A stretch of DNA of 64,000 nucleotides from assembly GCA_963723325.1 (NCBI GenBank), contig CAVRQK010000018.1, positions 78,368 to 142,367 of the forward strand, read 5' to 3'. The position numbers and the translations under genes were made by a program. Of the stretch, positions 28,725-38,659 are shown piece after piece (the stretch's first letter is position 1; each line of letters starts with the position of its first letter). This DNA comes from an uncultured Solirubrobacteraceae bacterium (GTDB lineage Bacteria > Actinomycetota > Thermoleophilia > Solirubrobacterales > Solirubrobacteraceae). The notes beneath the pieces are model-generated. The model saw only the letters and a list, made by a program, of their open reading frames with translations. It was not told the origin of the DNA and did not search any database.

Positions 28725-29188
28725 TGCAGAAATCTGAGAGAGCCGCACAGGCCCGACGGGAGCTGGACCGAAAGCTCGCAGCTGCCGACCTTGCGCCTGT
28801 CAAGGCACGTCCTCGCTCCGGGTGGATACGCGCAATCCGGGGGGCGCTGGGAATGAGCCAAGCCGTGCTGGCGGAGCGCCTCGGGGTGTCGAGCGCGGCA
28901 ATCAACAAGCTGGAGCATGCTGAGCTCCATGGCGGCATCACCACGGGGAAGCTGGCGGAGGTAGCCGCCGCCCTCGATTGCACGCTCGTCTATGTCCTGG
29001 TGCCGAACTCGACCCTGGAGCAGACCGTCATGAGCCAGGCTCGAACCACCGCCTCGCGAGTCCTCGGGTATGCAGCGCGCACCATGGCCCTCGAGGCACA
29101 AGGGATCGACGATGATCGACAGGGCGAGGCCATTGAGCGGTTCGCCCAGCAGCTTGTCGACAGCGGCAAGCTCTGGCGCACAGAATGA
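28724..29188 (+). CDS. mobile mystery protein A (XRE HTH)
   Basis: PRSGWIRAIRGALGMS..LA.RLGVS; ALDC.LVYVLVP; TMALEAQ. Confidence 0.88.
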   Translation: MQKSERAAQARRELDRKLAAADLAPVKARPRSGWIRAIRGALGMSQAVLAERLGVSSAAINKLEHAELHGGITTGKLAEVAAALDCTLVYVLVPNSTLEQTVMSQARTTASRVLGYAARTMALEAQGIDDDRQGEAIERFAQQLVDSGKLWRTE

Positions 29189-29856
29189 AACAGGCCGAGA
29201 CGGGAGCTGTGGGCGTCGCGGCGGACGGCCAGCCGCGCGCTCGCTTCAACGCGCACACCATCGGGCCGGAGCCCTGCGGGGCGACCCCGATCGAGGATGA
29301 GGATCTGGAGGGTCTGATCCCGGACTTCGTGGCGACCCGCGCGGACCTCAACCAGGTGGAGTTCGAGAACATCACCAAGGCGCTTCCTTGGGCGCAGCGG
29401 CAAGCGCGCTCTCTTGGTGTGGCCGGCATACTCGAGTATGGGTTCATGCTGACACTCCATCGCCGCATGTTCGGCGACGTGTGGACGTGGGCGGGAACCC
29501 TACGGCGGCGTGTCACCAACATCGGTGTAGAGCCCTTCCTGGTCGCCGACCAGTCCCGGCTACTGCTTGATGACGCCATGTATTGGCACACCCAACAAGC
29601 CTTTGAACCTGACGAGTTGGCGGCACGGATTCACTGCCGACTGGTGAGCGTTCACCCGTTCCGGAACGGCAACGGCCGCTGCACTCGCATGATGGCCGAT
29701 CTCTACCTCATCTCGATTGGAGCTGAGCCGTTCCCTTGGGGCCGCGCCCACCTCGATGTCGATGGGTCCAGTCGAGCGACCTACATAGCGGCGCTGATCA
29801 AGGCTGCCAGAGATGACGATTACGGAGACCTCATGAGGTTTGCCCGTGGCGACTGA
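29185..29856 (+). CDS. mobile mystery protein B (Fic domain)
   Basis: GATPI...EGLIP; LHRRMFGDVW.WAG; HPFRNGNGR. Confidence 0.9.
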   Translation: MKQAETGAVGVAADGQPRARFNAHTIGPEPCGATPIEDEDLEGLIPDFVATRADLNQVEFENITKALPWAQRQARSLGVAGILEYGFMLTLHRRMFGDVWTWAGTLRRRVTNIGVEPFLVADQSRLLLDDAMYWHTQQAFEPDELAARIHCRLVSVHPFRNGNGRCTRMMADLYLISIGAEPFPWGRAHLDVDGSSRATYIAALIKAARDDDYGDLMRFARGD

Positions 29857-30012
29857 GATTGGGTGAAGCCCGCAGGCGTCCTGCTGGCACGCGCGGTGCG
29901 CAGCGAGCTCTACGACCGGGTGCTCGAGCACGCCGGACGTACGATCGTGTTCTAACCTCTCGCTCACTCGCGGCACGGCTCGCGAGCTTTCTTCGATCTA
30001 CAGGGGGATTCG

Positions 30013-30462
30013 ATGAGCCCAACGCGATCCATGTGGCTATTGGCCATGCTTCTGTGCACGGCGCTTCTCGCCGGTTGCGGCAGCAGCAGTTCCAGCACCA
30101 CGACCGCCACCACCAGCTCCACGCCGGCGGCCAGCACGCCAACCACCAGCAGCACCGCCACAGCCAGCACATCCGCGGCCACCACGCCCACTAGCACCAC
30201 ACCGACCGCGCCGGCCAATCCCTCGGCCAGCTCGATCACGCAGCTGGCGGCGACGGTGTGCAAGTCGACCGCCGCGCGGGCCAACCTGCCGGCTGCGCTG
30301 AAGGCCAAAGTGGAAGAAATCTGCCACCAGGCGGCGACCGGCCATCAGGCCCAGGCGATCGAAGAGGCGCGCAAGATCTGCGTGGAATCGATCAACGCCA
30401 TCCCCGGCCCCAACACGCCGGAGAAGGAAAAGGCCCTGAAGGAGTGCACCGCCGCTAAGTAG
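30013..30462 (+). CDS. lipoprotein with Ser/Thr-rich linker and 4-Cys domain
   Basis: Lipobox LLAGC; GGGGG RBS. Confidence 0.7.
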   Translation: MSPTRSMWLLAMLLCTALLAGCGSSSSSTTTATTSSTPAASTPTTSSTATASTSAATTPTSTTPTAPANPSASSITQLAATVCKSTAARANLPAALKAKVEEICHQAATGHQAQAIEEARKICVESINAIPGPNTPEKEKALKECTAAK

Positions 30463-31078
30463 CGTCGTCGCCCGCATACAGCGACTCGCGGGCCAGCTCC
30501 TGGCCCTTGGTGTCGAACAGCTTGATGTCGAGCAGGTCGTGGCGGTAGTCGTCGGGTGCGATCAGCGTGAAGCGCTCCTCGATCACCTCGCACTGGTCGA
30601 CCGCCAGGTCGGCCAGCTCGGCGGTGGCTATCCGCCCGCCGGACAGCAGCGGGCGGCCCCACACGAGCGTGATCTCGGCCACCGCGCCGTTCTCCCCGCG
30701 CCACTGCCCGATCACCTCCTCGCACAGGTCGAGCTGCCAGTCGGGGTTCTGCTCGGCGGTTTCGGCGGTGAAGTCCACCTGTGCGTGGAACTCGCTGGGC
30801 TCGCGCTGCTCGGCGCCGGGCAGGAAGCGCACATACCCGTACAGCTCATAGCCGCTGCTGGTATGCGAGGTGGCCGGCACGTACGTGCGCCCGTGCCAGC
30901 TGCGGTCCGGGTACCAGACGATCGGGCCTGGCTCGCCGAGGTCGGCGCCGTCTGCGTCCAGCTGGCCGACGGCGGTGAGGAACTCCTGGCGCAGGCGCTC
31001 CTCCCAGCGGCCGTAGGGCAGATCCTCCTGGGGAGGCTCGGCCAGGAAGCGGGGAACGAAGCGCGGCTCGGGTGCCAT
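30455..31078 (-). CDS. conserved hypothetical protein
   Basis: Strong GC3 bias; PRFLAEPPQE..PYGRW. Confidence 0.7.
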   Translation of the reverse strand: MAPEPRFVPRFLAEPPQEDLPYGRWEERLRQEFLTAVGQLDADGADLGEPGPIVWYPDRSWHGRTYVPATSHTSSGYELYGYVRFLPGAEQREPSEFHAQVDFTAETAEQNPDWQLDLCEEVIGQWRGENGAVAEITLVWGRPLLSGGRIATAELADLAVDQCEVIEERFTLIAPDDYRHDLLDIKLFDTKGQELARESLYAGDDAT

Positions 31079-31119
31079 TGGCTGCGGAGCCTAGCCTGGC
31101 GGCGGCTGCGGTGCGCGGG

Positions 31120-32121
31120 TCATGCCTGGCGCAGCACGGCGGCGGCGTGCTCGGGCGCCACGATGTTGAGGTTGACGTCGGTGGACAGCTCCAGGCCGGC
31201 GAGGTGCGTGAGGCGCGGCACGATGTCGATCCGCCAGCAGAAGTCCTGGGCGCCGAGCGGCGCGGTGCGCACCCACATGTTCAGCGGCGGGCTGGAGCCG
31301 AGGTGCCGGGCCAGGCGGCACAGCCCGTCGTGCAGCAGCGCCGCTCCGGAGGCGCCCGGGTCCTCGAACCGCGCCCGCGGGGTGCGCGGGGCGAGCATCA
31401 GCTGGAACGGCAGGCGCGAGGCGTACGGCGCCAGCAGCACGGCCTCGTCGTCGATCGCCACGATCCGCTCGCGGCGGCGCACCTCCTCGGCCACCAGGTC
31501 GCCCAGCAGGCTCTGGCCCATGGTGCGCGTGGTGTAGGCGGCGGCGCGCTCGCGCTCGCGCGCCACGGTGGCGGGCACGAAGTCCAGCGCGTACAGCTGC
31601 GCGTGGGTGTGCGGCAGCGACGCGCCGGCCTCGCGGCGCTCGTTGACGATCAGCTGCAGGTAGGCGCTGCCTGCGTGCGCGCGCATCCGCGCCCGCCACG
31701 CCTCCACGGCGGCCACCACCTGCTCGACGGGCAGCTCGGCCAGCGACAGCACCGACTGCGGACCGTTGACGATCACCTCGTGCGCGCCGACGGCCGGGCG
31801 CGACAGGAACAGCTCGGGCTGCCCGCGTCTGCTGTCGGCCTGCTCTGCGTCCGTCGGCTGCGGCTCGCCGGGGTCCAGCGCTGGGTACAGGTTTGGCACC
31901 ACACGCACCGTCCAGCCGGGCGAGTTGGCGGGGCCGCCGCGGGGGCGCACGGCGTAGAGCTCGGGCGGGGTGCGGTCCTCGTGTCCCTCGGCGAACGGGT
32001 CGCGCTCGGCGTCGATGGCGTCGGGCGGCGAGCAGGTGGGCTCCCCGCCGGGGCGTAGCGAGCGCTCGCCGGCCACGATCGTGCGGTGTCCGCTGAGCGG
32101 GTCGATGCGAATTTCGGGCAC
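31120..32121 (-). CDS. galT: galactose-1-phosphate uridylyltransferase family
   Basis: EIRIDPL, PF..GHE..TPPE, VRVVPNLYPAL and GASLPHTHAQ. Confidence 0.85.
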   Translation of the reverse strand: MPEIRIDPLSGHRTIVAGERSLRPGGEPTCSPPDAIDAERDPFAEGHEDRTPPELYAVRPRGGPANSPGWTVRVVPNLYPALDPGEPQPTDAEQADSRRGQPELFLSRPAVGAHEVIVNGPQSVLSLAELPVEQVVAAVEAWRARMRAHAGSAYLQLIVNERREAGASLPHTHAQLYALDFVPATVARERERAAAYTTRTMGQSLLGDLVAEEVRRRERIVAIDDEAVLLAPYASRLPFQLMLAPRTPRARFEDPGASGAALLHDGLCRLARHLGSSPPLNMWVRTAPLGAQDFCWRIDIVPRLTHLAGLELSTDVNLNIVAPEHAAAVLRQA

Positions 32122-32125
32122 GGGG

Positions 32126-32719
32126 TCAGCCCTCCAGCGCGTAGCGCTTGACGTCCTGTTCGAGTTTGGCCACGCTGGCAAAGGGGCCCTGGTAGATGAA
32201 CTTCTTGCCGTGCCGGTTGTAGAACACGGTGACGGGCCTGAAGGTGGAGTCGCTGATGGCCAGTCCGGCCTGGCCGCTCTGGTCGTAGTAGCTGGGGTAG
32301 CTGACGGGGTGTGAGCGCAGGAAGGCGGCGGCGCCGGCGCGACTGGGATCTTCGGAGTCGATCCCGATGAACGCCACGCTGCGACCTTGGGAGATGGAGA
32401 CACGCTGGAACACTCCGACCTCGGTTTGGCACGGCACGCACCACGAGGCCCACTTGTTGATTACGACGGGCGTGCCGCGCAGCGCGGCCAGCCGTGCGCT
32501 CAGCGCTCCCAGCCCGCCGGAGAGCAGCTCGCTGGCCTGGGCGTGCAGCGCGGTGAGCTGGGCAGGTGAGCCGCTGAGGCGTTCGCGCATCTGCGCGACG
32601 GTCAGTTTGAGCGGCGCGGTGGTGGGGGCGGTGGAGCCGCCCAACTGCAGCAGGCCGACCACTAGAACGACCACAACCGCAAGCGCTGCGGCGGCGATCG
32701 AGAGGCGCTTTGGCGTCAC
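32126..32719 (-). CDS. TlpA/ResA-type membrane-anchored thioredoxin
   Basis: N-terminal TM; INKWASWCVPC. Confidence 0.85.
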   Translation of the reverse strand: MTPKRLSIAAAALAVVVVLVVGLLQLGGSTAPTTAPLKLTVAQMRERLSGSPAQLTALHAQASELLSGGLGALSARLAALRGTPVVINKWASWCVPCQTEVGVFQRVSISQGRSVAFIGIDSEDPSRAGAAAFLRSHPVSYPSYYDQSGQAGLAISDSTFRPVTVFYNRHGKKFIYQGPFASVAKLEQDVKRYALEG

Positions 32720-32901
32720 GCGCCAAAGGTTGGCAGATCGGCCCCACTTCAACGATCGCCCCGCGTGCTATATCCTCAGTCGAGTCAGGGCTGGATCGCT
32801 CCGAGCATCCGGCTGTTGGCGCCATGGGGGCGCCAATTCTTTCCGAGCCGCGCCGAAACCACTTTCGACGGCGGCTCTGTCTCGAAGTCCAGAGCCTCTT
32901 T

Positions 32902-35700
32902 ATGGCCGAGTCCACCTCAGTGGCCCTCGTGGCCGCGACCATTCCAAGTTCCGCGGAAATAGCGCGTGCGGAGAAGCTCGTCCGCGAGCGCTTCCTGCAC
33001 GAGGGCGAGGACCCCGCGGTGGCGCTGGCGCCGGGCACGCCGCGCAGGCGCGCGCTGGACATGGCGCTGGCGGAGCTGCAGGTGGACCCCAAGGCCAAGC
33101 ACCCGTCGACGGCGTGGCGGCGCGAGTTCTCGCTGCTGCTGGGGCTGGAGCGGCTGCTGTCGGAGGACGAGCCCAAGCTGGTGGACGGGACGGTGCTGTC
33201 GGCCCATCAGGTGGACGCGTTGTCGGGCACGCTGACGGCGCTGCTGGCCGAGGCGCAGCAGCGAGCGGCGCCGCAGGACAACGGCCGCACGGCTGCGTCG
33301 GCGTCGCCTGAGCTGCTGGCCTCGGCGGACATCCTGGGGCCGGACGAGGGCGATCGCGACAACGCGGCGTCGGCGAGCCGCGATCGCGCGGCGGAGGCGG
33401 CCGAGGAGGACGAGGACGAGCTCGACGAGGAGGAGCTGGAGGACGAGGAGGACGAGGACGAGGACGACGATCTCGGTCCGGTGCAGCGGGCGGCGCCGGA
33501 CGAGGACGACGAGGACGAGCTGGAGGACGAGGACGAAGAGGTCGACGACGAGGACGAGGACGAGGCGGAGCCCGAGCAGGAAGCGGAGTCGGACGAGGAG
33601 CCGCGCGACTGGGTGGAGGACGAGGACGAGGAAGAGTCGCTGGGCGAGCAGCCGGAGGACCCCAACGCGGCCAAGCGCTTCTGGTTCGAGCACGCCACCG
33701 GCGCGGGCAAGACGGTGGCGGCGCTGGGCTTCGTGGAGGCGTCGCAGACGGGCGGCGTGTTGATCCTTACGCACCGGCGCAACCTGGTGGACCAGTTCCA
33801 CGGAGAGCTGCGCGACCGCGGCTACTCCAAGCGCATCAGCCGTCCGCTGCTGCAGGGCGAGGACTCGGTCAAGGGCCCGGTGACGGTGGAGACCTACCAG
33901 TGGTTCGTGCGCAACGCGGGCAAGATCTCCAGCGCCTACACGATCGTGATCTGCGACGAGGCGCACACGGCGCTGGGGGAGAAGACCAGCGGCGCGATTC
34001 GCGCGTGGACGGGCCCGATCTTCATCGGCATGACGGCCACCGGCGCGCTGATCGCACGCCACGTGACGGACCTGTTCCCCACGCAGACGTCGCGCTTCGA
34101 CCTGGCGCAGGCAGCGCGCCGCGGCGTGATCTCGCCGCTTCGCTGCGTGCGGATCTCACCGGGTGTGGGCGTGCGCACGATCGCCAAGGTGCCGCTGCGC
34201 CGCGGCGAGGTGGACACGGAGTTCGACCAGGACGAGCTGGCCAAACTGCTGGATCAGCAACCGTTCAACATGGCTGTGGCCAACCTGTACAAGACGCGCT
34301 TCAACGGCGTTCCGGGCGTGGTGTATGCGGCGGGCGTGCGCCACGCTTACAACCTGGCGGAGTCGTTCCGGGCGGAGAACATGAAGGCGCAGGCGGTATC
34401 TGGCGAGACGCCGAAGCGCGAGCTGGTGGAGATCCTGGCGCGCTACGAGCGCGGCGACATCGATGTGCTGATCAACGCGCAGCTGCTGGCCGAGGGTTGG
34501 AACAGCCCGCGCGCGACGGTGTGCGTGCACCTGGCGCCGACGGCGTCCAAGCGCATCTATCAGCAGCGCGTGGGGCGCGTCACGCGTCGCCATCCGGGCA
34601 AGGAGGCGGGCTTGGTGGTGGACTTCGTGCACCCGGCCACGAAGCATGACGATCCGGTGGTCACCTTGCACTCGCTGCTTGATAGAGATGTTTATAGGGG
34701 GGGCGCGATCGTGGTGGGCCCGGTGCGCCGTGGACGCGGACGGCGGATGCGGGTGGAGCGTCGCGTGCTGCCGGTGTGCGCGGAGGAGGAGCGGCGCTTC
34801 GAGGTGTTCGAGCGCGAGCTGTGGCGGATCGCGGTGGAGCACCTGGACTATGGCGAGCAGCACCTGTGGGCGGCGCTGGCGGGCGCGCGGGTGGCGCCGA
34901 ACGGCTGGCGCAGGGCGCGCGCGATGCTGCACTTCGACCGCACGGGCGAGCTCAAGAGCCGCTTTCTGATCACGGCTGTGAAGCGCAACACGAGCGCTCA
35001 GCTGCGCCTGCGCGCGCTGACCGACATCGCGGCGCTGCGCGACCCGGACGCGTTCGACGAGGCGATCGACATCATCGGCGGCTGGCCGCGCGAGGAGCGC
35101 AAGGAGGCCACCAAGATCATGCTGCGGGCGATGGTGGAGCGCCGCATCGGCCGCCGCGACCAGGCCAACGCGTGGATCTGGCGCCTGGCGGAGTACACGC
35201 GCGACGTGCACGAGGAGTACGCGGTGCAGCGCTGGCCGGAGACCAAGCGCCTGCTGGGCCTGCTGGTGAACTCGGCCGGTGGTGCGCACGCGCGCAACGC
35301 GCGGCGGCTGATCCACGCGGCGCGCAAGCAGGACCGGCGCTTGGCGGCGGCGCTGCTGGCGGCGGCGCTGGCGCACACGCCGGAGGCGGAGGAGGCGTTG
35401 CGTGGCGCGCGCACGCGGATGGCGCGCAAGCCGCCGGCGCTGGCGCGCGAGCTGCTGCGGAACTTCCCCAAACGGCGCGCGCGCAACGCGCGGCGCAGGC
35501 GCAAGGGCGCTGGCGGCGGCGCGGCCAAGCCGGCGGCCAACGGGGCGGGCGCAGGCGCGACGGTGGAGAAGCCGCTGGACACCTCGCTCGCGCGCGGGCG
35601 CCCGGAGGAGCGCAGGCCGGACGCGCGGGAGGATCTGCGTCACGAAGTCAAGGACGCGCTCGACCATCGCGACCTGGACCACGCCGGCGAGCAGGCCTGA
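32902..35700 (+). CDS. SF2 DEAH helicase with long acidic insertion and helical C-terminal domain
   Basis: HATGAGKT, DEAH, TAT, LAEGWN.P and QQRVGRVTR. Confidence 0.88.
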   Translation: MAESTSVALVAATIPSSAEIARAEKLVRERFLHEGEDPAVALAPGTPRRRALDMALAELQVDPKAKHPSTAWRREFSLLLGLERLLSEDEPKLVDGTVLSAHQVDALSGTLTALLAEAQQRAAPQDNGRTAASASPELLASADILGPDEGDRDNAASASRDRAAEAAEEDEDELDEEELEDEEDEDEDDDLGPVQRAAPDEDDEDELEDEDEEVDDEDEDEAEPEQEAESDEEPRDWVEDEDEEESLGEQPEDPNAAKRFWFEHATGAGKTVAALGFVEASQTGGVLILTHRRNLVDQFHGELRDRGYSKRISRPLLQGEDSVKGPVTVETYQWFVRNAGKISSAYTIVICDEAHTALGEKTSGAIRAWTGPIFIGMTATGALIARHVTDLFPTQTSRFDLAQAARRGVISPLRCVRISPGVGVRTIAKVPLRRGEVDTEFDQDELAKLLDQQPFNMAVANLYKTRFNGVPGVVYAAGVRHAYNLAESFRAENMKAQAVSGETPKRELVEILARYERGDIDVLINAQLLAEGWNSPRATVCVHLAPTASKRIYQQRVGRVTRRHPGKEAGLVVDFVHPATKHDDPVVTLHSLLDRDVYRGGAIVVGPVRRGRGRRMRVERRVLPVCAEEERRFEVFERELWRIAVEHLDYGEQHLWAALAGARVAPNGWRRARAMLHFDRTGELKSRFLITAVKRNTSAQLRLRALTDIAALRDPDAFDEAIDIIGGWPREERKEATKIMLRAMVERRIGRRDQANAWIWRLAEYTRDVHEEYAVQRWPETKRLLGLLVNSAGGAHARNARRLIHAARKQDRRLAAALLAAALAHTPEAEEALRGARTRMARKPPALARELLRNFPKRRARNARRRRKGAGGGAAKPAANGAGAGATVEKPLDTSLARGRPEERRPDAREDLRHEVKDALDHRDLDHAGEQA

Positions 35701-35728
35701 GCGGTTCTGAGGCCCCGACCGTCGGCTG

Positions 35729-36511
35729 TTAGCTGATGGAGTGAAGGTGGACCTCGCCGGCGCTGAGCGCCGTGTGTCCGCCGCCGTCCAGCGCCACCAC
35801 CAGGCGTCCCTCGCCGTCCACTCCCTGGGCCGTGCCGTGGCCGGCGCTCCATGCGATCCGGCGTCCGCGCAGCGCGTCGCGCGCCCGCCACGCTTGAAGC
35901 GTGGCGTCGGCCGGCTCGGCCAGACGCACGCTCAGAGCCGCCAGCAGGCCGCTCAGAAACGGCTCGATCTCCTCGCGAGAGCGTCCAAGCGTGGCAGCCA
36001 GCCGCGGCGGTTGTGAGGACCCTGCGTCTGTGGCATGTCCCTGCAGCTCGGCGGGCAGGTCCTGCAGGCGCACGGCCACGTTGACGCCGATGCCCAGCAC
36101 CGCCCAGCCCTCCTGCGGGCGGCCCTCCACGAGGATGCCGGCCAGCTTGGCAAACGCCGGCTTCTCGCCTGCGGCTTTATCGGCGTCGGTTGGGGCATCG
36201 GTTGGGATCACGATGTCGTTGGGCCACTTGATCTGCGCCTGCGGGCCCACCACGTCGCACACGGCCACCGCTGCGATCAGCGGCAGCAGCGTGGGAGGTG
36301 TGCGCAGCAGCAGCGACATCAACAGCGAGCTGCCGGGCGGCGCCGACCAGCTGCGCCCCTGCCGGCCGCGCCCGGAGGTCTGCTGGCGAGCGGTGACGAG
36401 CGTTCCGTGCGGCGCGCCGGCGACGGCCAGCTCGCGCGCGCGCTGGTTGGTGGAATCGGTCACGCGCAGGTGCACCCGCGGGCGTCCAAGCGGCTCGGGG
36501 GGCGCGGTCAC
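35729..36511 (-). CDS. birA: biotin--protein ligase (no HTH)
   Basis: TDSTN, QTSGRGRQGRSW, IKWPND, KLAGILVE and GIGVNV. Confidence 0.93.
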   Translation of the reverse strand: MTAPPEPLGRPRVHLRVTDSTNQRARELAVAGAPHGTLVTARQQTSGRGRQGRSWSAPPGSSLLMSLLLRTPPTLLPLIAAVAVCDVVGPQAQIKWPNDIVIPTDAPTDADKAAGEKPAFAKLAGILVEGRPQEGWAVLGIGVNVAVRLQDLPAELQGHATDAGSSQPPRLAATLGRSREEIEPFLSGLLAALSVRLAEPADATLQAWRARDALRGRRIAWSAGHGTAQGVDGEGRLVVALDGGGHTALSAGEVHLHSIS

Positions 36512-37989
36512 GCCCGTGAGGATGAGTCTGCGAGGAGCGCGTCCACGAGCCCGTCCACGTCGTGCTGCTCGGCCTGCGCGTGGGGCTCCAAGCCGTGCTT
36601 GCGCAGCTCCTCGCTCGTGACCGGCCCGATCGACACGATGCGGGTCGCGGGTGACAGCGGCTGCCCGCCGACGGCCTGCAGGAAGAAGCGCACGGACGAG
36701 GCGGAGGTGAACGTGACGTAGTCCGCCGCGCATGCTGCCGTGAGCATGTCCTGGGCGAGCGGATCGACGACGGTCTCATACAGCGCCAGCACATCGACGT
36801 TGGCGCCTCGCGCGCGCAGCGCGTCGGGCAGCACATCGCGCGCGTCCTGTGCCCGCGCAACTAGCGCGTTCGTCACCGGTACATCGGTGAGCGCGTCCAC
36901 AAGCGACTCGGCCACAAACCGCTCGGGCAGCACGTCCACCTGGATCCCGTGCTTGGCGAGCACCCGTGCGGTGCCGGGGCCGATGGCGGCAACGGTGGCG
37001 CCGGCGAAGGCCCGCGCGTCCAGGCCCTGCTCATGTAGCCGTGCAAATAGCGCGTCCACGCCGTTGGGGCTGGTGAGGCAGATCAGATCGTAGGGCGCCA
37101 GGTCGAGCTGCTGGACTGGCAGCTCGTTGATGCGGATCACGGGTGCCTGCACGGTGCGTGCGCCCAGGCGCTCCAAGCGCGTGGCCAGCCCGCTGGCCTG
37201 CGCGCGCGCGCGGGTGACCGCCACGGTGCGTCCCAGCAGCGGCTTGGGCTCGAGCCAGGAGATCTGCTCGGCCAGGGCGGCGGCCGGCCCGATCACGGTG
37301 ATGGACGGCGCGCGTACGCTCTGCTCGCGCACGGTGTCGGCGATCGTGGCGAGCGTGGCGGTGACGGTGCGCTGGTCGGGCAGCGTGCCTTTTTCGATGA
37401 CCGCGGCGGGCTCGTCGGGGCCGCGGCCGGCGTCGATCAGCGAGGCGGTGATGTGCGCCAGGCGGCGCACGCCCATGTACAGCACCAGCGTGCCGGGGAA
37501 AGCGGCTAGCGCCGGCCAGTCGATGGCCGTGTCCTCCTTGTCGGGGTCCTCATGCCCGGTGATCAGCGCCACCGCGCTTGCCAGCCCGCGGTGGGTGACG
37601 GGAATGCCGGCGTAGGCGCTGGCGGCCACGCCGGCGGTGACGCCGGGAACGACCTCGAAGGGGATGTGAGCGGCGCGCAGCGTGAGCGCCTCCTCGCCGC
37701 CGCGCCCGAACACGAACGGGTCGCCGCCCTTCAGGCGCACCACGCTCTTGCCTTCCTGGGCGCGCGCCACCATCAGTTGTTCGGTCTCCGCCTGAGGCAC
37801 CGACGGCCCACCGCCCTCCTTGCCCACGAACAGCAGCTCCGCATCGGCGCGCGCGCCGTCCAGCGCTCCGGCGGGGATCAGCCGGTCGTACAGGATCACG
37901 TCCGCTTCGGCGATCAGCTCGAGCGAGCGCGCGGTCATCAGGCCGGGGTCGCCGGGGCCGGCGCCCACGAGGTAGACACGGCCGCTCAT
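36508..37989 (-). CDS. cobA: uroporphyrinogen-III C-methyltransferase / uroporphyrinogen-III synthase fusion
   Basis: LVGAGPGDPGL and RLKGGDPFVFGRGGEE; HemD part VTRARAQ and TSPNGV. Confidence 0.93.
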   Translation of the reverse strand: MSGRVYLVGAGPGDPGLMTARSLELIAEADVILYDRLIPAGALDGARADAELLFVGKEGGGPSVPQAETEQLMVARAQEGKSVVRLKGGDPFVFGRGGEEALTLRAAHIPFEVVPGVTAGVAASAYAGIPVTHRGLASAVALITGHEDPDKEDTAIDWPALAAFPGTLVLYMGVRRLAHITASLIDAGRGPDEPAAVIEKGTLPDQRTVTATLATIADTVREQSVRAPSITVIGPAAALAEQISWLEPKPLLGRTVAVTRARAQASGLATRLERLGARTVQAPVIRINELPVQQLDLAPYDLICLTSPNGVDALFARLHEQGLDARAFAGATVAAIGPGTARVLAKHGIQVDVLPERFVAESLVDALTDVPVTNALVARAQDARDVLPDALRARGANVDVLALYETVVDPLAQDMLTAACAADYVTFTSASSVRFFLQAVGGQPLSPATRIVSIGPVTSEELRKHGLEPHAQAEQHDVDGLVDALLADSSSRA

Positions 37990-38375
37990 GTACCGACCGG
38001 CCAGTGCTCCACCTCGAGCTCCAGCATGGGAAAGTCCTTGGGATTGCCCGTTGCCAGGCGCGCGTTCACTCCGACGGCAGCCGCCGCGATCAGGCAGTCC
38101 GCCTGCGACAGCGTGGTCCCCCTGCTGGCAAAGTCCCTACGCCAGTCCCCGGCGCGTGTGCCCTCTGCTCGTCCGAGGGGCGCAAGCTGCAGGCCACGAA
38201 GCAGGCGCTGCGTGGCGTCCCGCTCGTGCTCTCGTATCCCGCGCATCACCTCCTCGATGTTCACTGCACAGATCCAGGGAATCTCCCTGGTTTCATGCAG
38301 TCCGCGCAGTCGCGTGGCAGCGTCGCGTCCACGCAGGGCGTCCACGAGAACAGTGGTATCCAGCAGAATTGGCAA
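37986..38375 (-). CDS. VapC PIN-domain toxin
   Basis: ILLDTTVLV, EV..G, DCLIAAAA and LATGNPKDF. Confidence 0.87.
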   Translation of the reverse strand: MPILLDTTVLVDALRGRDAATRLRGLHETREIPWICAVNIEEVMRGIREHERDATQRLLRGLQLAPLGRAEGTRAGDWRRDFASRGTTLSQADCLIAAAAVGVNARLATGNPKDFPMLELEVEHWPVGT

Positions 38376-38413
38376 CTCTTGGTTATCCGTCGAGACAGTC
38401 GATGGCGGGACAG

Positions 38414-38659
38414 CTAGCCGACGCGAGCGGGATCGTTGCGCCGCTGTGCCCTGACCCACCCCGCGGGATCGGCGTCCCACTCATGTCCCGTGTCTGAGAG
38501 CGCCCCGAGACCGGCCTCGATGTCTTCCCATCGCCGCTCGTCCTCGAGTGCGTGACGCACTGTCTCGCTGATGAACGTACTGCGACGCCTTCGACCCACG
38601 CGCTGGTCGAGCTGCTCCACCAAACTGTCATCAAGGCTTATGTGCAAACGCATGGCCAC
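38414..38659 (-). CDS. RHH antitoxin (VapB-like)
   Basis: MRLHISLDDSLV..LD...RSTFISETVR; upstream of PIN gene. Confidence 0.8.
   Translation of the reverse strand: MAMRLHISLDDSLVEQLDQRVGRRRRSTFISETVRHALEDERRWEDIEAGLGALSDTGHEWDADPAGWVRAQRRNDPARVG

Noticed and set aside
33207-33782. Poly-Ser ORF on the minus strand
   Set aside because: Antisense shadow of the helicase GAG/GAC acidic tract
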